A stretch of DNA of 64,000 bases, from contig DF236969.1 in the NCBI GenBank assembly GCA_000708835.1, forward strand, positions 124,001 to 188,000, in the 5' to 3' direction. This stretch comes from Klebsormidium nitens (lineage: Eukaryota > Plantae > Klebsormidiophyceae). Every line of letters begins with the position of its first letter. Positions within the stretch are counted from its first letter, which is position 1. The notes beneath the pieces were generated by a model, which made no database searches, was not told the DNA's origin, and was given only the letters and a program-made list of their open reading frames with translations. Of the stretch, positions 25,401 to 36,863 are shown piece after piece. The translations under genes and the position numbers were made by a program.

Positions 25401-28400
25401 AAAGACCCTGCAATTCGCCTGGTGCTGCTACAAGCACTTTTCTCTCAGCGGGAAGGATGCGGCGGGCGTACCTTCATCCAGAAGAAGGTAAAGGCGTTGA
25501 GGCATGCCCCGAAGAAAGGCGCCAGCGGACAGTAGATGGCGCTGATCCACACCAGCGACTGTGTGCGCAAAGAAGTGCATACACGTTAGAAACACTCACG
25601 AACTCAGCAATTTCTTCTAGAGTTTCCCAACAGGGCTCGCGGTGCGAGACGCTGAAAATCAAAGAGACCCGCGGCCCCGCTAATATCTGTCTGAGTGAGT
25701 GCAGTACGAGAGGGGTGGCATCCTGTCCGCAACAACTGTGCAGCGAATAGAGACGCAACATTGAGCCTGCCCGGAGTCATGGTCAGGATAAGAACTCCCG
25801 CTGAGGCTACGAAGATTCGCCAGATGAGGGTATAGATATCCCGGTGTATGGAGAACCGCGTCTAGGCCATGAGTTAGCAGGAAGCAGGCCTTACAAAGAA
25901 GCGCGCACCTGGTTGTCGATCATCTCGATGGCCATTTTGATAGCTAATATCCTCTTTTCCTCCCCGCCTACTGTCGACTTCATTCATAAACCTTTAGAAA
26001 GTACGAAAGCACGCACCTGGATGTAAAGGATGTCGATATCCCTGTCCGGCACGAGGACCTGCCGTTTCAAATCTTCGAGCTCAGCACTCAAAAATGCATT
26101 CAATCATAAAAAGCAGTCAAAATCCATTTCAGTGAAGAAAAAAACGCATGCAGGATCTTGAAGGAAAAGAGGGACTGCGCACCTGGATTTAGATAAAGTC
26201 GATGGCCATGGCCACGCGATCCCGGAGCTTTTCTTCGAGTCAGAATCCGAGCTGAATTTCGAGATCACTTTATCAAGAAAAGAAGCATGAAGAACATCTA
26301 GGGAAGACGGACAAAAGCGTATACCTGGATGTAGATAATATCGATGGCCATGTCGGGCACGAGGATCTGGCGCTTCTTCTGCGTGAAGAGCAGCATGACC
26401 AGGCTGTAGCCCAGCTCGCTCGCGTTGCTGATCAGGCTGTTGACCACCAGGAACCGCAGCAGCAGCCGCCCGATCACGTTCTCCACGCACGCCGTCACGC
26501 ACTGGCCAACCTGCGGCGGACACGTGGCAGACAAAGGGGTCGTGACGTGGGAATGTACAGATTTCAGCAGACACACCTTGAAAACTCTTCACCCGCAAAT
26601 AAACACTTCGTTCCGCATACTCACGTCCAGACTCTTCCAGTTTTTATCTGGCTACCAATAGTGTTCGGGATGCTTTCGCAGTAGTCTGCGCATCCCTGCT
26701 GGATTGTGAAACCGGGAAATATTATCTGCTCCGTCAAATCACGTCCAAGTTTTTCCAGTTCTTACCTGGCTGCCGACAGAGTTCGGGTCGCTCTTGCACT
26801 AGTCTGCGCATCCTTGCTGAATTCTGTAAGCTCTTAACCGCAGAAAGAACGATCTCTCCCACAATCTTTTCATCCAAGTTTAACCAGTTCCCACCTGGCT
26901 TCCGACAGTGTTGGGGTCGCTCTCGCAGTAGTCCGCGCCAGCGGTGCAGCACTCGTAGCCCTCGTCGCACTTGAACTGGTTCGCCGCGTTGCACGTGGGA
27001 ACCGTGCTTGACGTCACCTGGACCCCGTTCTGCGTGCTGCTGACGAACCCGTAGGTGGTGCCTTGGGAAACCTTGGCCGCGGAGCGGAAAATGTAGTAGA
27101 GGCGGTAGAAGAGCGTGCCCGCGTTGATCATGCGGATGACGTAGATCTGCGCCGGCAAGAAGTTTGACGACGTCAGCGTCACCTACTTTGTACTAGGGCA
27201 GCGAAACAGCAACTGAATTTGCGATGCGTGAGCTACACTTACTTCTTGGAAACATTTTTAAAGAAGATACACAGGCATTGAAGCGATAGGCCTACATTTC
27301 AGGTATCATTGATTCAGGTTGGATAAGGCTCCTGCCTGAGTAGAGGTGGGGTTAAGTAGGGGTTACGGCAAGTAGGGGTGCGGAGCGCGTAGGTTTGTCG
27401 GTCCAGGTCCTTACGCTTGTCTTACCGTTGGGACTGTCTTTCTGTTACCTGGGAGTCATGCTGCCTGCACTTCAGGGGTATGTAAAAGCACCCTACCTTT
27501 GTGGTTTCCACCCGTTCAGCAGTGGCCGGCCGCCAGAACTCGAGCGCGACGAGGAAGCGCACGAGGGCCGGTCCGAAGGTGTTGATGAGCGCCAAAATGA
27601 TGGACTGCCCGAAGTCGGATCCCAGGTGCGTATTCAGATAGTCGCCCTTGGTGATGGCTAGGACTACAACGAAAGCAGTGCCCACAACCAGAAGCGGCCT
27701 GGAAAGAACACGGCAAAGGTAGTTAGTTTAGTTTGGTTAGTTAGTTTAGTTAGTTTAGTCAGGTTCAAAAAGTTAGTTTAGTTTAGTTAGATCAGCTACT
27801 TATTCTCGTGAGTCAGTGTATCTCTGACAGTCGAGGAAAGCGATTCGCCTTTCCTGATGGCAAGGAACACAGAGAACGCCGTTCGGATCACCAGAAGCGG
27901 TGAGAGGACAGACAGGAGACGTTTTAAGGCTGGCCACCAGCCACTGAACTTGGCTGCAAAATCGCTCTGCTGTAAGCGGAGTGAGGAGAACGAGTCGCAA
28001 TTATTGATGGCAAGGACTTCACAAAATACTTTGCCCACATCCAGAAGCGGTCTGGAAAGGATTTGGAACAGTTTCTTGAGTTTAGTCGCACGAGTCGATT
28101 GAAATCCAAACGGGTGGAGCCCCCTTCCGTGATGGCCAGAACCACCACGAAAGCGCCCAACCCTTAAAAGGGACCTGAATGGGACAAGCAAAAAGACTTT
28201 TAGTTTGTCCAGAGTACTTGAAACTCTCTAAAGCCCGGTGAACGCTGGATATGGTCTTCGTTGAGTTTCAAAAGGGGTCGAGTAAAACGGATTTCAATTT
28301 AGATGGCTAAGACTACAACGAAAGCCGCGACGACAACTTGCAGCAGCCTGGAAAGGACAACGAATGTGTTCGGTGAGTTTCTTATTCAGTATCGCAAAAA

Positions 28401-31400
28401 GTGGCAAATGATTCCAGGAATACGACTCTCTCGCAAGGACCAACCGTGCCCACTACTAGAAGCGGCCTGGAAAGGACTCGGAAATGTTATCTTAAATCTA
28501 TTTTGTTCGTTGAATCTCAAATTCAACGAAACAAGTTGCTATTCTTGACGGCGAGACCCACAAGGATAATCCTTCCGTTCATTGGAACACTTGGGCGTTT
28601 TGATGAAAGTCACTGAGAAACACCCAAACCCACAAACTGGCGTTCTGATCAGGCCTCACAATTCTTCGTCGACAGACCAAGCTCTCCAAACTCTCTCTTT
28701 GAAAGTCGCCCTCTAAAAACCTGGCGTCCCTGGAAAGAAGCGAAGGCTAAGTCTAGGTCAGGACCGTTTCATCTCCGGACTTTCTGATCCACCTTCCACT
28801 GCACACATAGCCACGTAGCACTCACCAGAGCAGTGCACTCATTCGACTGCCACGTGGCACTCACCAGAGGACCATGAGCACGAACGCTCTCTGCATCGCG
28901 AGCAGCACCCGCGTGGACCCCGTGCTGATCACCTCCTCGTTCTGCGCGGCGCGCGCGTCGTTGAGCATCTCGCGCAGCTGCCGCCAAATAAAAGATGGTA
29001 CATTTTGGGTTTTCAGGTGTTCCATGCTTTATTTCTTAGTTGTGAAATTCAGCTTTCATAAGGTAGGTTGCTTTAGGTTTTCGAAGTTGAGTTTCCGTTC
29101 CGAGAGTCTACGTGAACGAGAGGCAATGCGTTCAAATTGCTTGGTTGCGGTAGTGATCAAGAACAGGGCGGGGGTGGAAAGACGAGGCTCGAACGGACTC
29201 CGTACATTTTTCCGCTCCGGCTTGCCCTCTTTTGTGATGGAAACATTAGCGAGGAGCACTGAAGAATAGCTTCCGCGGGGAGCTTAGTACACCCAAACAG
29301 CGCACCAGAATTATCAACGATCTGCAAGACTGAGACTTTTGTGCTTTTCATACAGCTGCCTCGAACATTTTCCGCTGATTCTTATATTGATCTCCCTCGT
29401 GTCGCTTCACAGCCTTTTTGTAATCCAAGACCCGTGCTAATTCTTTTCATCCGTCTCAAAAGCAATGATGTCTTGAGCCATTTGTCACCTGCATGCGGAT
29501 GCCCCGTCGCAGTTTCAGCGCCGTTTCGACGTTGGTGATGTGGAAGTCCCAGGAGCCGAAGACGAGCGTGGAAAAGGGAAAGTACTTGTTGCCCTGCACG
29601 ATCGACGAGTCGCCCTCGCCCGCCAGCCGCTGCGCGATCCTGCGGTGCGCGAGCGGGAACGTGGGTTACTTAACTCTCCCGTAACCTCTACCCAGGCTAG
29701 AGCTCAGCATGCTGAGCTAACCACTTCTGTGCCCAAAGTCTGCGCTTTTTCTGAGCTTTGAAACCTCGGATAGTCAAATGAAATGTCACCGCATTGGATG
29801 GACGATGTAAATCAGATTGTATTCTGCGCATTTCATAGAAAAACAAGATGTCTGGATTCATTCAAAGCAAGATGTCGACGGTCGCTACACTCATGACTTG
29901 TTGCACCTTGTCTGTCAGTCGTCTCAAAGAATCATCAGCGTCGATCATTCAGCGGGTCCCAATGACAGACGACGCAAAGCCGAGAAAGAAGAGAGACGAT
30001 GTGGACAGAGGATAGTGAAATATCAGCTCTTCACAAAGTTCATAGCCACATTGGCCTTGGCGCTGAGGAACGCTCATCGCCACCCTATTTACATTTCGAG
30101 ACCGATGCAAACCGATCAAAAGAAGGCTTTCGGGCAGCGAGTTTGCTTTCTGCAATTTCGGGGGTTGTGGGGCTGCAGCTCACTTGCGCATGATGGCGAG
30201 CAGGCCGATGAGGAACATGGTGAGAATGGCCAGAGGGTACATGTAGTCCGTCTGGTACCAGCTCTTCTGATCGCCCGGGCTCCCGCTGCCCGTCCAGTAC
30301 TTGTAGTCGTACCCGCCGTAGAAGATGAACGTCTTGTCCAAGCCATTGCCCTGGATTACAAAAGGAATTGCAGGTCTGTAAGGATTTGCGTGGTATTTCT
30401 TGGTCCATGGAGTAGGAGCCCCTCGTAGCCGCCGTAGAAGATTAGTGTCTTGTCCAGGCCGTTGCCCTGGATTACGGGGTGGAGTTGTATATCTGTGGGT
30501 TTCTGCGTTGACCGAAACGGTAGACGCTCCATCTTCGGTTCGTGGAAAGTTGCACAGCTTCTTCCAGCTATTTGAGCAAGGAAAGCGCGTTCAGAAGAGG
30601 TGCAGAGACGGGAGACTGGCAATGAGTTCGCTACATTTCCAAATAGAAGAGAAGCGGCTTTCCGAACTCTGTCAGAGCAAGTTTCAAGATCGAGTCGAAA
30701 ACTAGTTTCGTCTCGACGAATTCAAACCGCGGTCAAAACATGTTCTGTGATCGTAAAGCAATGCTCATCATGCCCCGTTTCCAGCGTGGTTGCTGGAGAC
30801 GGTTCACCGGGCCTGCAATTGACATCGCAAATGCCACTGAATGACCACTCCTCGCAGAAAAGCAGGCCTTGAGTGGCTCACCTGCAGCAGCTTTTGGACG
30901 CTGGTCGACGTGAAGAGGCTCCAGGAGAAGGTGGGGGGCGGCGACACCAGGAACGGCAGGATGACCAGCAGGAACCAGCACAGTGACGTCAGCACGTTCA
31001 TGTAGAAGACGAAGCGCAGAAAGGCGAACGTCCTGCACAGGCGGCTAGATGACGTCAGTCATAAGACCATGGGAAGCAGGAGACCGACGCTTTGATCGAG
31101 GCTACTCCATGTCAGTCTGGTGTTGTCACGAGGAAAAGCGGAAGTGCGCGGTGGTGCTGAAGGAATATTACGCGCTCAGTGTTCGCAGAGACTGACGTGT
31201 CAGCTAAAATGCGAACCACAATTCTGACTCTGCAATTCGAGAAGGTGGTGCGAGGCATTTCAGGCTTCTGATCAGCGAAAAGGACTCACAAGACAACACG
31301 AATTCACGAATACAAGCGGAACGGGGTTAGCTTGGAGCATGAAGTGAACGACAACATCCAGCGAAGAGATGAAAGAATGGAAGGAGAAGCCCCTTGCAAA

Positions 31401-34400
31401 GTGGTTGGAGTCTACCAACGCAGAAAGAAAGCATAACAGACGCAGTCTCTCACAGGCTGACAGCACTGAAAGCGCCTCGCAAACTGTTCATTATTCCCAA
31501 AACTACCAGAAAGCACGATAAACGGAACCGGAACTCCTCACAGGCTGATGGAGCTGCCGAAGCGGCCCTCGAGCAGCTTTAGCTGATCGTCCCAAAGGTC
31601 CGTCCCCTCGAACCGCTGCTTGCCCCGCTTCTTGAGCGCCGCGCGCTCGCGCCGCGCGGCCCACCAGCCGCGCCGCTTCTGCTCGCTGCGCGCCGCCTCC
31701 GCCTCCTCCTCGTGGATCGCGATACGCGATAGCACCTTGCTCAGCGTGTCCTCCACCTGCGTATGACAACACCGGGACAACTATGAATTCCAACGGCCGC
31801 GTATATGCTCCACTTCTGGTTACCGGTATTAAGCTGTCGAGCGACGAGCGACAGCACCTTGCCCAGCGTGTCCTCCATCTGCGTATGCAAAAGGCCGGGC
31901 GCTTATAGATATCAATGGTCGGGTTATATGCTCGATTTGTGGTTGGATGGATGCTGAGTTGTAAGCATTGTCGAGCGGGCGCCCAACATTACCTTGCCCC
32001 GCGTGTCTCCTCCACCTGCGACGGCGAGGACAGGGCGCTTATGGAGACTATCAGACGGCGTATGCGCTCCACTTGTGGCCTATTCCGTGCTGGCTTATCA
32101 ACGTTGTTGGAGCGACGAACATCAGCACCTGCACGTTGAGTTGTTCCCTCCGCGTGACGAGGGCAAGAACAGGGCGCGTATGGTCGGCGTCAGAGCGAGT
32201 CTCGTCAAATTCGATTTGCCAGCTGGAAACAGAGTCACGTCGCTGAAAATCAACGACCTACTCACCACTTTCCTCTTCTTCTCCGCACGTGTCATCCTTT
32301 TGTTCGGCCCGTTTGCCCCGTACGACGGCGACATGGTCCGCTTGGTCACGATCGCCGGGAGCGCCAGCTGCGTCTCTTCCGTCTCCTCTTCGCTCTCTTC
32401 CTCTTCCGCTTCGTCGTGACCGGAATCCAGGTTTCCGTACGCTCTGTCGATGAAGGATTTGGTCTTGCGGCTGCGGTTGATGGCTTCCAGGATCTGGTCT
32501 TCGTTGGGTGTCCGGTGAAGCGTTGACGCAGGCCGCCCAAGCTCCCTGCGGAAGCATAAGGTCCAATCGATTGCCAAACTGGTCTCGTAGAGTCTGAGCG
32601 TATGGTGTTTTCAGACTCAACAATGACACTCAATTGTCAAGTATAATTTGGCTTGGGGGCCGTCGTTCCAATAGCTTTATGAAGCTCTCAGGCAACCGTC
32701 CAACACCTGTTTGAGAGATAGTGGCTGGAAGTTCAGCAGCTTTCTTAAAACACCTAAGTATCTTTGCAGATGCGGCTCAAGCCTTAAACGACGGGCCGTT
32801 AGCATTTCTCCGAGCCGTTTCGCTCGAAGGTCCTTAAAATCATCAAATAGTGTCTCTCGATATGAGTATATCAACGATCATCTGCAGTGGATTAATGGCA
32901 TGACCACTGTCGTGATGGACAGCATTTTCAAGTGCTAGGATTGCTTTCTAACGGGAGTGACCCCCCTAGATCTTGCTGCTCTCAAGTACGTCTCAGCCAC
33001 AAACGACACCTGCATATAGAGATGGGTTTTACGAGAGGATTAAACCTCACCCTTGTCCAGCTTTGAGAGCCGCCATTATGGTGGCAACGCCTTGCCCCCG
33101 CCCCTCTGCCCTGCTCTCGTCAATCTCTTGTGGCGAGTCGCTGAATCTGTCCTGCCCCAAAAATGGCTGCCTCCGTGGACTGACGCTCTCCTCAATGCCC
33201 CCCAGTCCTCCATCCGGCGCCCCGTTGTTCCCTTCTACCTCGTAGGGACTGCCTTCCCCTGGCTGGCCGTAAGCCTCGTCCTCGCTCACAACAGTAAAAA
33301 CCTCCCTCACTGGCACCGTAAATGACGTTCCTGCTCTGCTGACCATACTCCTAGAGGCTCTGATGGTGTCAAGTGTGGCTGCTCTCGCACGGGGGGGTTC
33401 TGAGCCACTCAAGTCAGGGGGGGCGCCATCAGTGGTTGCGCTTCTTTCACGGTACTGGGGGCCTTTTGGTTGGGGCTCCTCTTGGGGGGCAGTTTCTGGA
33501 GGGAAGGTGCTTTGAGAACCGCCTTGGATGATGTCAGCGTAGTTGTGGTTGTCACCGAAGCGGGAGAGGTTGGTCCGAAGGAGAGGTGGCAGCTCTGAGG
33601 GCTTTTCGGGAGGCAACACAGCTGCAGGGACCATGCGTCGTTCAGCCGTGGGGACTCGTTCATCTTTTCGCTATGACACAGGTCACATTCTGCTTCGAAA
33701 GAATCCTTCGAAAACGTGTCAATAGGTCCCATGATGGGTTGCACACGTGGGGGCAGACTTGTTCGCACCCACTGCAACTCTGTTTGTCGCAATTTTTTTG
33801 GAGAATGCACAGTAAAGAACCGGCAAAGGAAAGAGCCAACTTTTGCAATGTCTAATCACAATAATCTGCAGATTCATTCAGCGGCTGTGAAAATCAGAAT
33901 AAGAGCCGAGTATGCGTACCTTGTTGTGAGGCTAGCTTCCTGCTCTCCTGTCTCGCCAAGAAAGGAGGCGGCGGGGGAGCGGTGACTGGCTCCAGAATGG
34001 GCGAAGGCAGCGGAGGATTTGCTGGGTTCAGCAATGATCGAAAGTCCTGGTGTCCGGGTGCAGCAGCAAAGTGCTGCTGATCTGCAGTCTGCATCTGTGG
34101 CATCACTAACTGCATCACAGGCTGAGGCACGTTGATGGCGGAGGGCGAGACGAGGTAGCCCTGCGGCGGCCAGGCGGTGTACATCTGCGGGTGCAGCATC
34201 TGGAAGCCCTGCGGCGGAGTGTGGTAGCCTTGCGGGGGGGTTGCATACCCGTGCGGCGGGGTTTGGAACCCCTGGGAGAGAGACGGCTGCTGAGCGTTCC
34301 GGAGCGGCTGCATGCTGCTCAGCATGGATTGCAAGGTATATGCATTGAGGAACGCTTGGTCGAGCTGCGGCGCTGGGGCGGGAATTGGAGGCGCCTCGGG

Positions 34401-35048
34401 CTGCGTAGCTGGAGGAGGCGCTTGCCAAAGCGGAGGCGCTTGGGAGATTGGAGGCGGCAGCAGGGGACTCGAGGGCTGCTGCACGACAGGGTTGGCATCT
34501 GCCACTGCAGAGCTCTTCGGGTTTGGATTGGGGTTTGGGACTGGGGCAGGCTTTGCAAGCTGAGGCGGATCTGCCAGAGAGGTAGCATCACCATTCTCCT
34601 CGACAGCACCTCCTTGTCCCTTGGACGATTGACGCTTGGCAGCTTGAGCAGCTACCGGAGCAGCCTTTGGGATCTCCTCGTTTGATGTGCGCCGTGATGT
34701 ACCCTCTGATGATCGGTTCGATCCTTTGGCAGCCACTACGGTGCCCTGGGCGTAGCGCTGCGGTGGCTGGACAACGGGCCACTTCCTCCCTGAGGAGCGC
34801 CTCCTGGCAGCTGGAGCAGATGGCGGCACTTCTGCTGACGTTGAAGGCCCTTCCGCTTCTAGAGGAGCCTCAGAGCTCGAAGGGTTTCCATCCGTACTCG
34901 TTCTGGAAGCAACATCCTGAGCCACCGTATCAACAAGCGAGGCTAGGATGTCCTCCTGCTCCCGCTGATGGTGTTCTTTCGCTGAACCTGAGGAGTCCCT
35001 GCTACTCCTCTCCGTTGCACCACCATTTGCCGCTGGATCGCTCTCCAT
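22409..35048 (-). CDS. TMC: TMC (transmembrane channel-like) family protein, about 1400 aa, 15 exons: 35048-33920, ~33663-33051, 32545-32266, 31756-31542, 31032-30882, 30350-30184, 29639-29489, 28977-28865, 27698-27512, 27182-26895, 26510-26325, 25558-25472, 24015-23808, 23388-23235, 22694-22409
   Basis: TMC-type motifs appear in the expected order: LWDDQLKLLEGRFGSSI, GNGLDKTFIFYGGY, VFGSWDFHITN, LEFWRP, CVENVIGR, DMAIDIIYIQSLVWISAIYCPLAP, CAPPEKTYSASR and CGP. All splice phases match. The exon 2 acceptor is uncertain. Confidence 0.85.
24016..25060 (-). repeat. Intronic degenerate tandem array (about 10 copies) of the acceptor plus the 5' end of the adjacent TMC exon
   Basis: GCCAGGGCCACGTTCTGG-like cores at about 24070, 24137, 24264, 24401, 24536, 24661, 24735, 24887, 24961 and 25028. 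Confidence 0.85.
25820..26260 (-). repeat. Degenerate copies of TMC exon 3' end plus donor
   Basis: CGCACCTGGATGTA..GAT..CGAT copies at about 25905, 26013 and 26180, against the real junction at 26325. Confidence 0.75.
26640..26830 (-). repeat. Two degenerate copies of TMC exon 3' end plus donor
   Basis: ACCTGGCT.CCGACAG.GTT.GGGTCGCTCT.GCA.TAGTC.GCGC at about 26645 and 26762, against the real junction at 26895. Confidence 0.8.
27720..27792. repeat. GTTA/GTTTA microsatellite (CTAAC/CTAAA on the transcribed strand)
   Basis: agttagtttagtttggttagttagtttagttagtttag... Confidence 0.9.
27850..28480 (-). repeat. About 5 degenerate copies of acceptor plus TMC exon 5' end
   Basis: GATGGC.AGGAC...CCAGAAGCGG.CTGGAAAG copies, against the real exon start at 27698. 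Confidence 0.8.
31790..32140 (-). repeat. 2-3 degenerate copies of acceptor plus TMC exon 5' end
   Basis: ACCTTGC.CAGCGTGTCCTCCA.CTGCG at about 31855 and 31990, with a partial copy at about 32120. Confidence 0.8.
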
Positions 35049-35699
35049 ACCTAGAGCTCTGGGAGCATGAGATCAGCGAGCTGATGCGGAGACCTCCAGG
35101 GTTTTTGAAGAATCTTCTGTCCTGCAGACGCAGAAATTGAGCTTCTGCAAAGAAGGCCGGAACGTTTAACCGGCTGCTTAGAATAAGGAATCGCTGCCAG
35201 AGCCTTTTGAGTGCGCAGAATGCATGATGCAGAAGCAGACCAGTCACAAGTTTTGCGCAGAGACTTCCGTGTTGCTTGTTGAACAAATGCAGGTCCCTAG
35301 CAGCTGGACTTGAAGCCGCTGATGGAGTCAAAATCACAGGCAATATTGAATATGGACCCGCCATTGCACTACATTAGGTACAGGGCCACGTGTTATATTC
35401 TATAAAGGGGTAGTACATTATTGCATACCCAATGAGAAATGTGCGTACATTCACGGGAACGGGCTTCGCTCGTTCAGGCTTCGCGTGGGCCGTCCGATCT
35501 GGGTTGAGCCTTCTCACTGCTCCCAGATGCCGTTCATACAAGGTGATCACAACGACCACTTGAAAACACGTTCGTCGGCGCTTCTGACAAGGCGGGCCGC
35601 CCCCGCGGCCGCCCCGGGCCGCAAAACGGCCAAAGCTGCCGATATCATCTTTTGTCAACTTTCGAAATCGGACTGCGGACTGCGGACAGTCATATGCAA

Positions 35700-36790
35700 A
35701 TCACCGTCCGATCGTGTACCGTCCGCAGGATCTACGCTTTAAGTTGCTGCCAAATGTCATGGGCCGAGTCCGGTACAGTACTCATTACCGTACGGTCCGA
35801 GCGGTACCGTCGACCGCGTACCGTAGGTATGCACCGTCAACAAGCAACCGGGCACTCCTAGTGACCTTAGGGTCTCGCGCTACAAAGCAGTGATAGTGTG
35901 TTAGGGTTACGCCACTTCCTGTGTCGGTTTGTTAGGGTTATTCCCTTTTCTGTGACTGCTCTCAGATTAGGGTTCCTACTAACGGCTAAGTCACTGTTCT
36001 TAGGATTTTAATGTGGTTTGCAGGCTAACCCGAGCATTATTTAGTCCGGCAAATGCGCCCCCGGTACCAACCGCGTCCCAAAATATGGCACTGCGGACAA
36101 CGACTGCCTGTGCCCGTCCGTGTCCGATTTCGAAAGTTGACAAAAGATTCGGCAAGCATATTAGCTATGTGCCCCTTGCCCGGCCTGGCCGGCCCCCGCC
36201 CGCGCGCTTCCGCGAGCGGCAGGGCGGCCCCGCCTACCGGGCCGTTCGACCAGATGACGGACTAATTAATAGGTGATTCAAATAAGAGCCAGGTATAATA
36301 AGCTCCAACTAACATTAAAAACCCTAACCGAATAATCTACCTGCTCCGCACCCGTACCCACCCGTACCCCCAGACTAACCGTACCTGGTCCCAGGCTGCC
36401 GCTTATTATTCCTAAATTAGTCCTAAATTTGTCTCATGAGCCACCCATGGCTCCTACGGGACTATAAAATAAATTGATTGATTGATTGATTGATCGAGTC
36501 CGAACTGACGACCAGTCGGGCCGGGCCCGGCCCAGGCTGGTACTTACTACTGGGTACATACCGCACTACACTGTACAGGCAGAAGCCTTGGTACGGCTCG
36601 GACAGTAGGTACCGGTACCGGTATTCAATCATCGTGTCGACCGTGGCGAGCTACCTTAGGTATTAAAAGGACGTTTTTCGGTGTACTGGATACTGGTACT
36701 ACCGTACCTTTCCGGTGGACGGTGTAGTCCTGGGGTACAGCTAAGTACCTTCAAGACGCAGCAGCCAGCGCTGCTGTACCGTATTCGGCC
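35700..36790. promoter_or_regulatory. Divergent TMC/GT61 intergenic region with telo-box cluster and GTAC cluster
   Basis: TTAGGGT at 35867, 35901, 35932 and 35967, AAAACCCTAA at 36318, and 22 GTAC cores counted by eye. Confidence 0.45.
36473..36494. repeat. (ATTG)5 microsatellite
   Basis: attgattgattgattgattgat. Confidence 0.9.
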
Positions 36791-36863
36791 ATCATGCATG
36801 ATCAGCTGCCCTATCCGGTAGAAGGTCTTCCGAGTTCCAACAACGACAGGGCTCATTCTGATC

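Noticed and set aside
32677-32874. Possible extra TMC exon (LFDDFKDLRAK...)
   Set aside because: The nearest acceptor gives stops in all phases, and the flanking exons join in phase without it.
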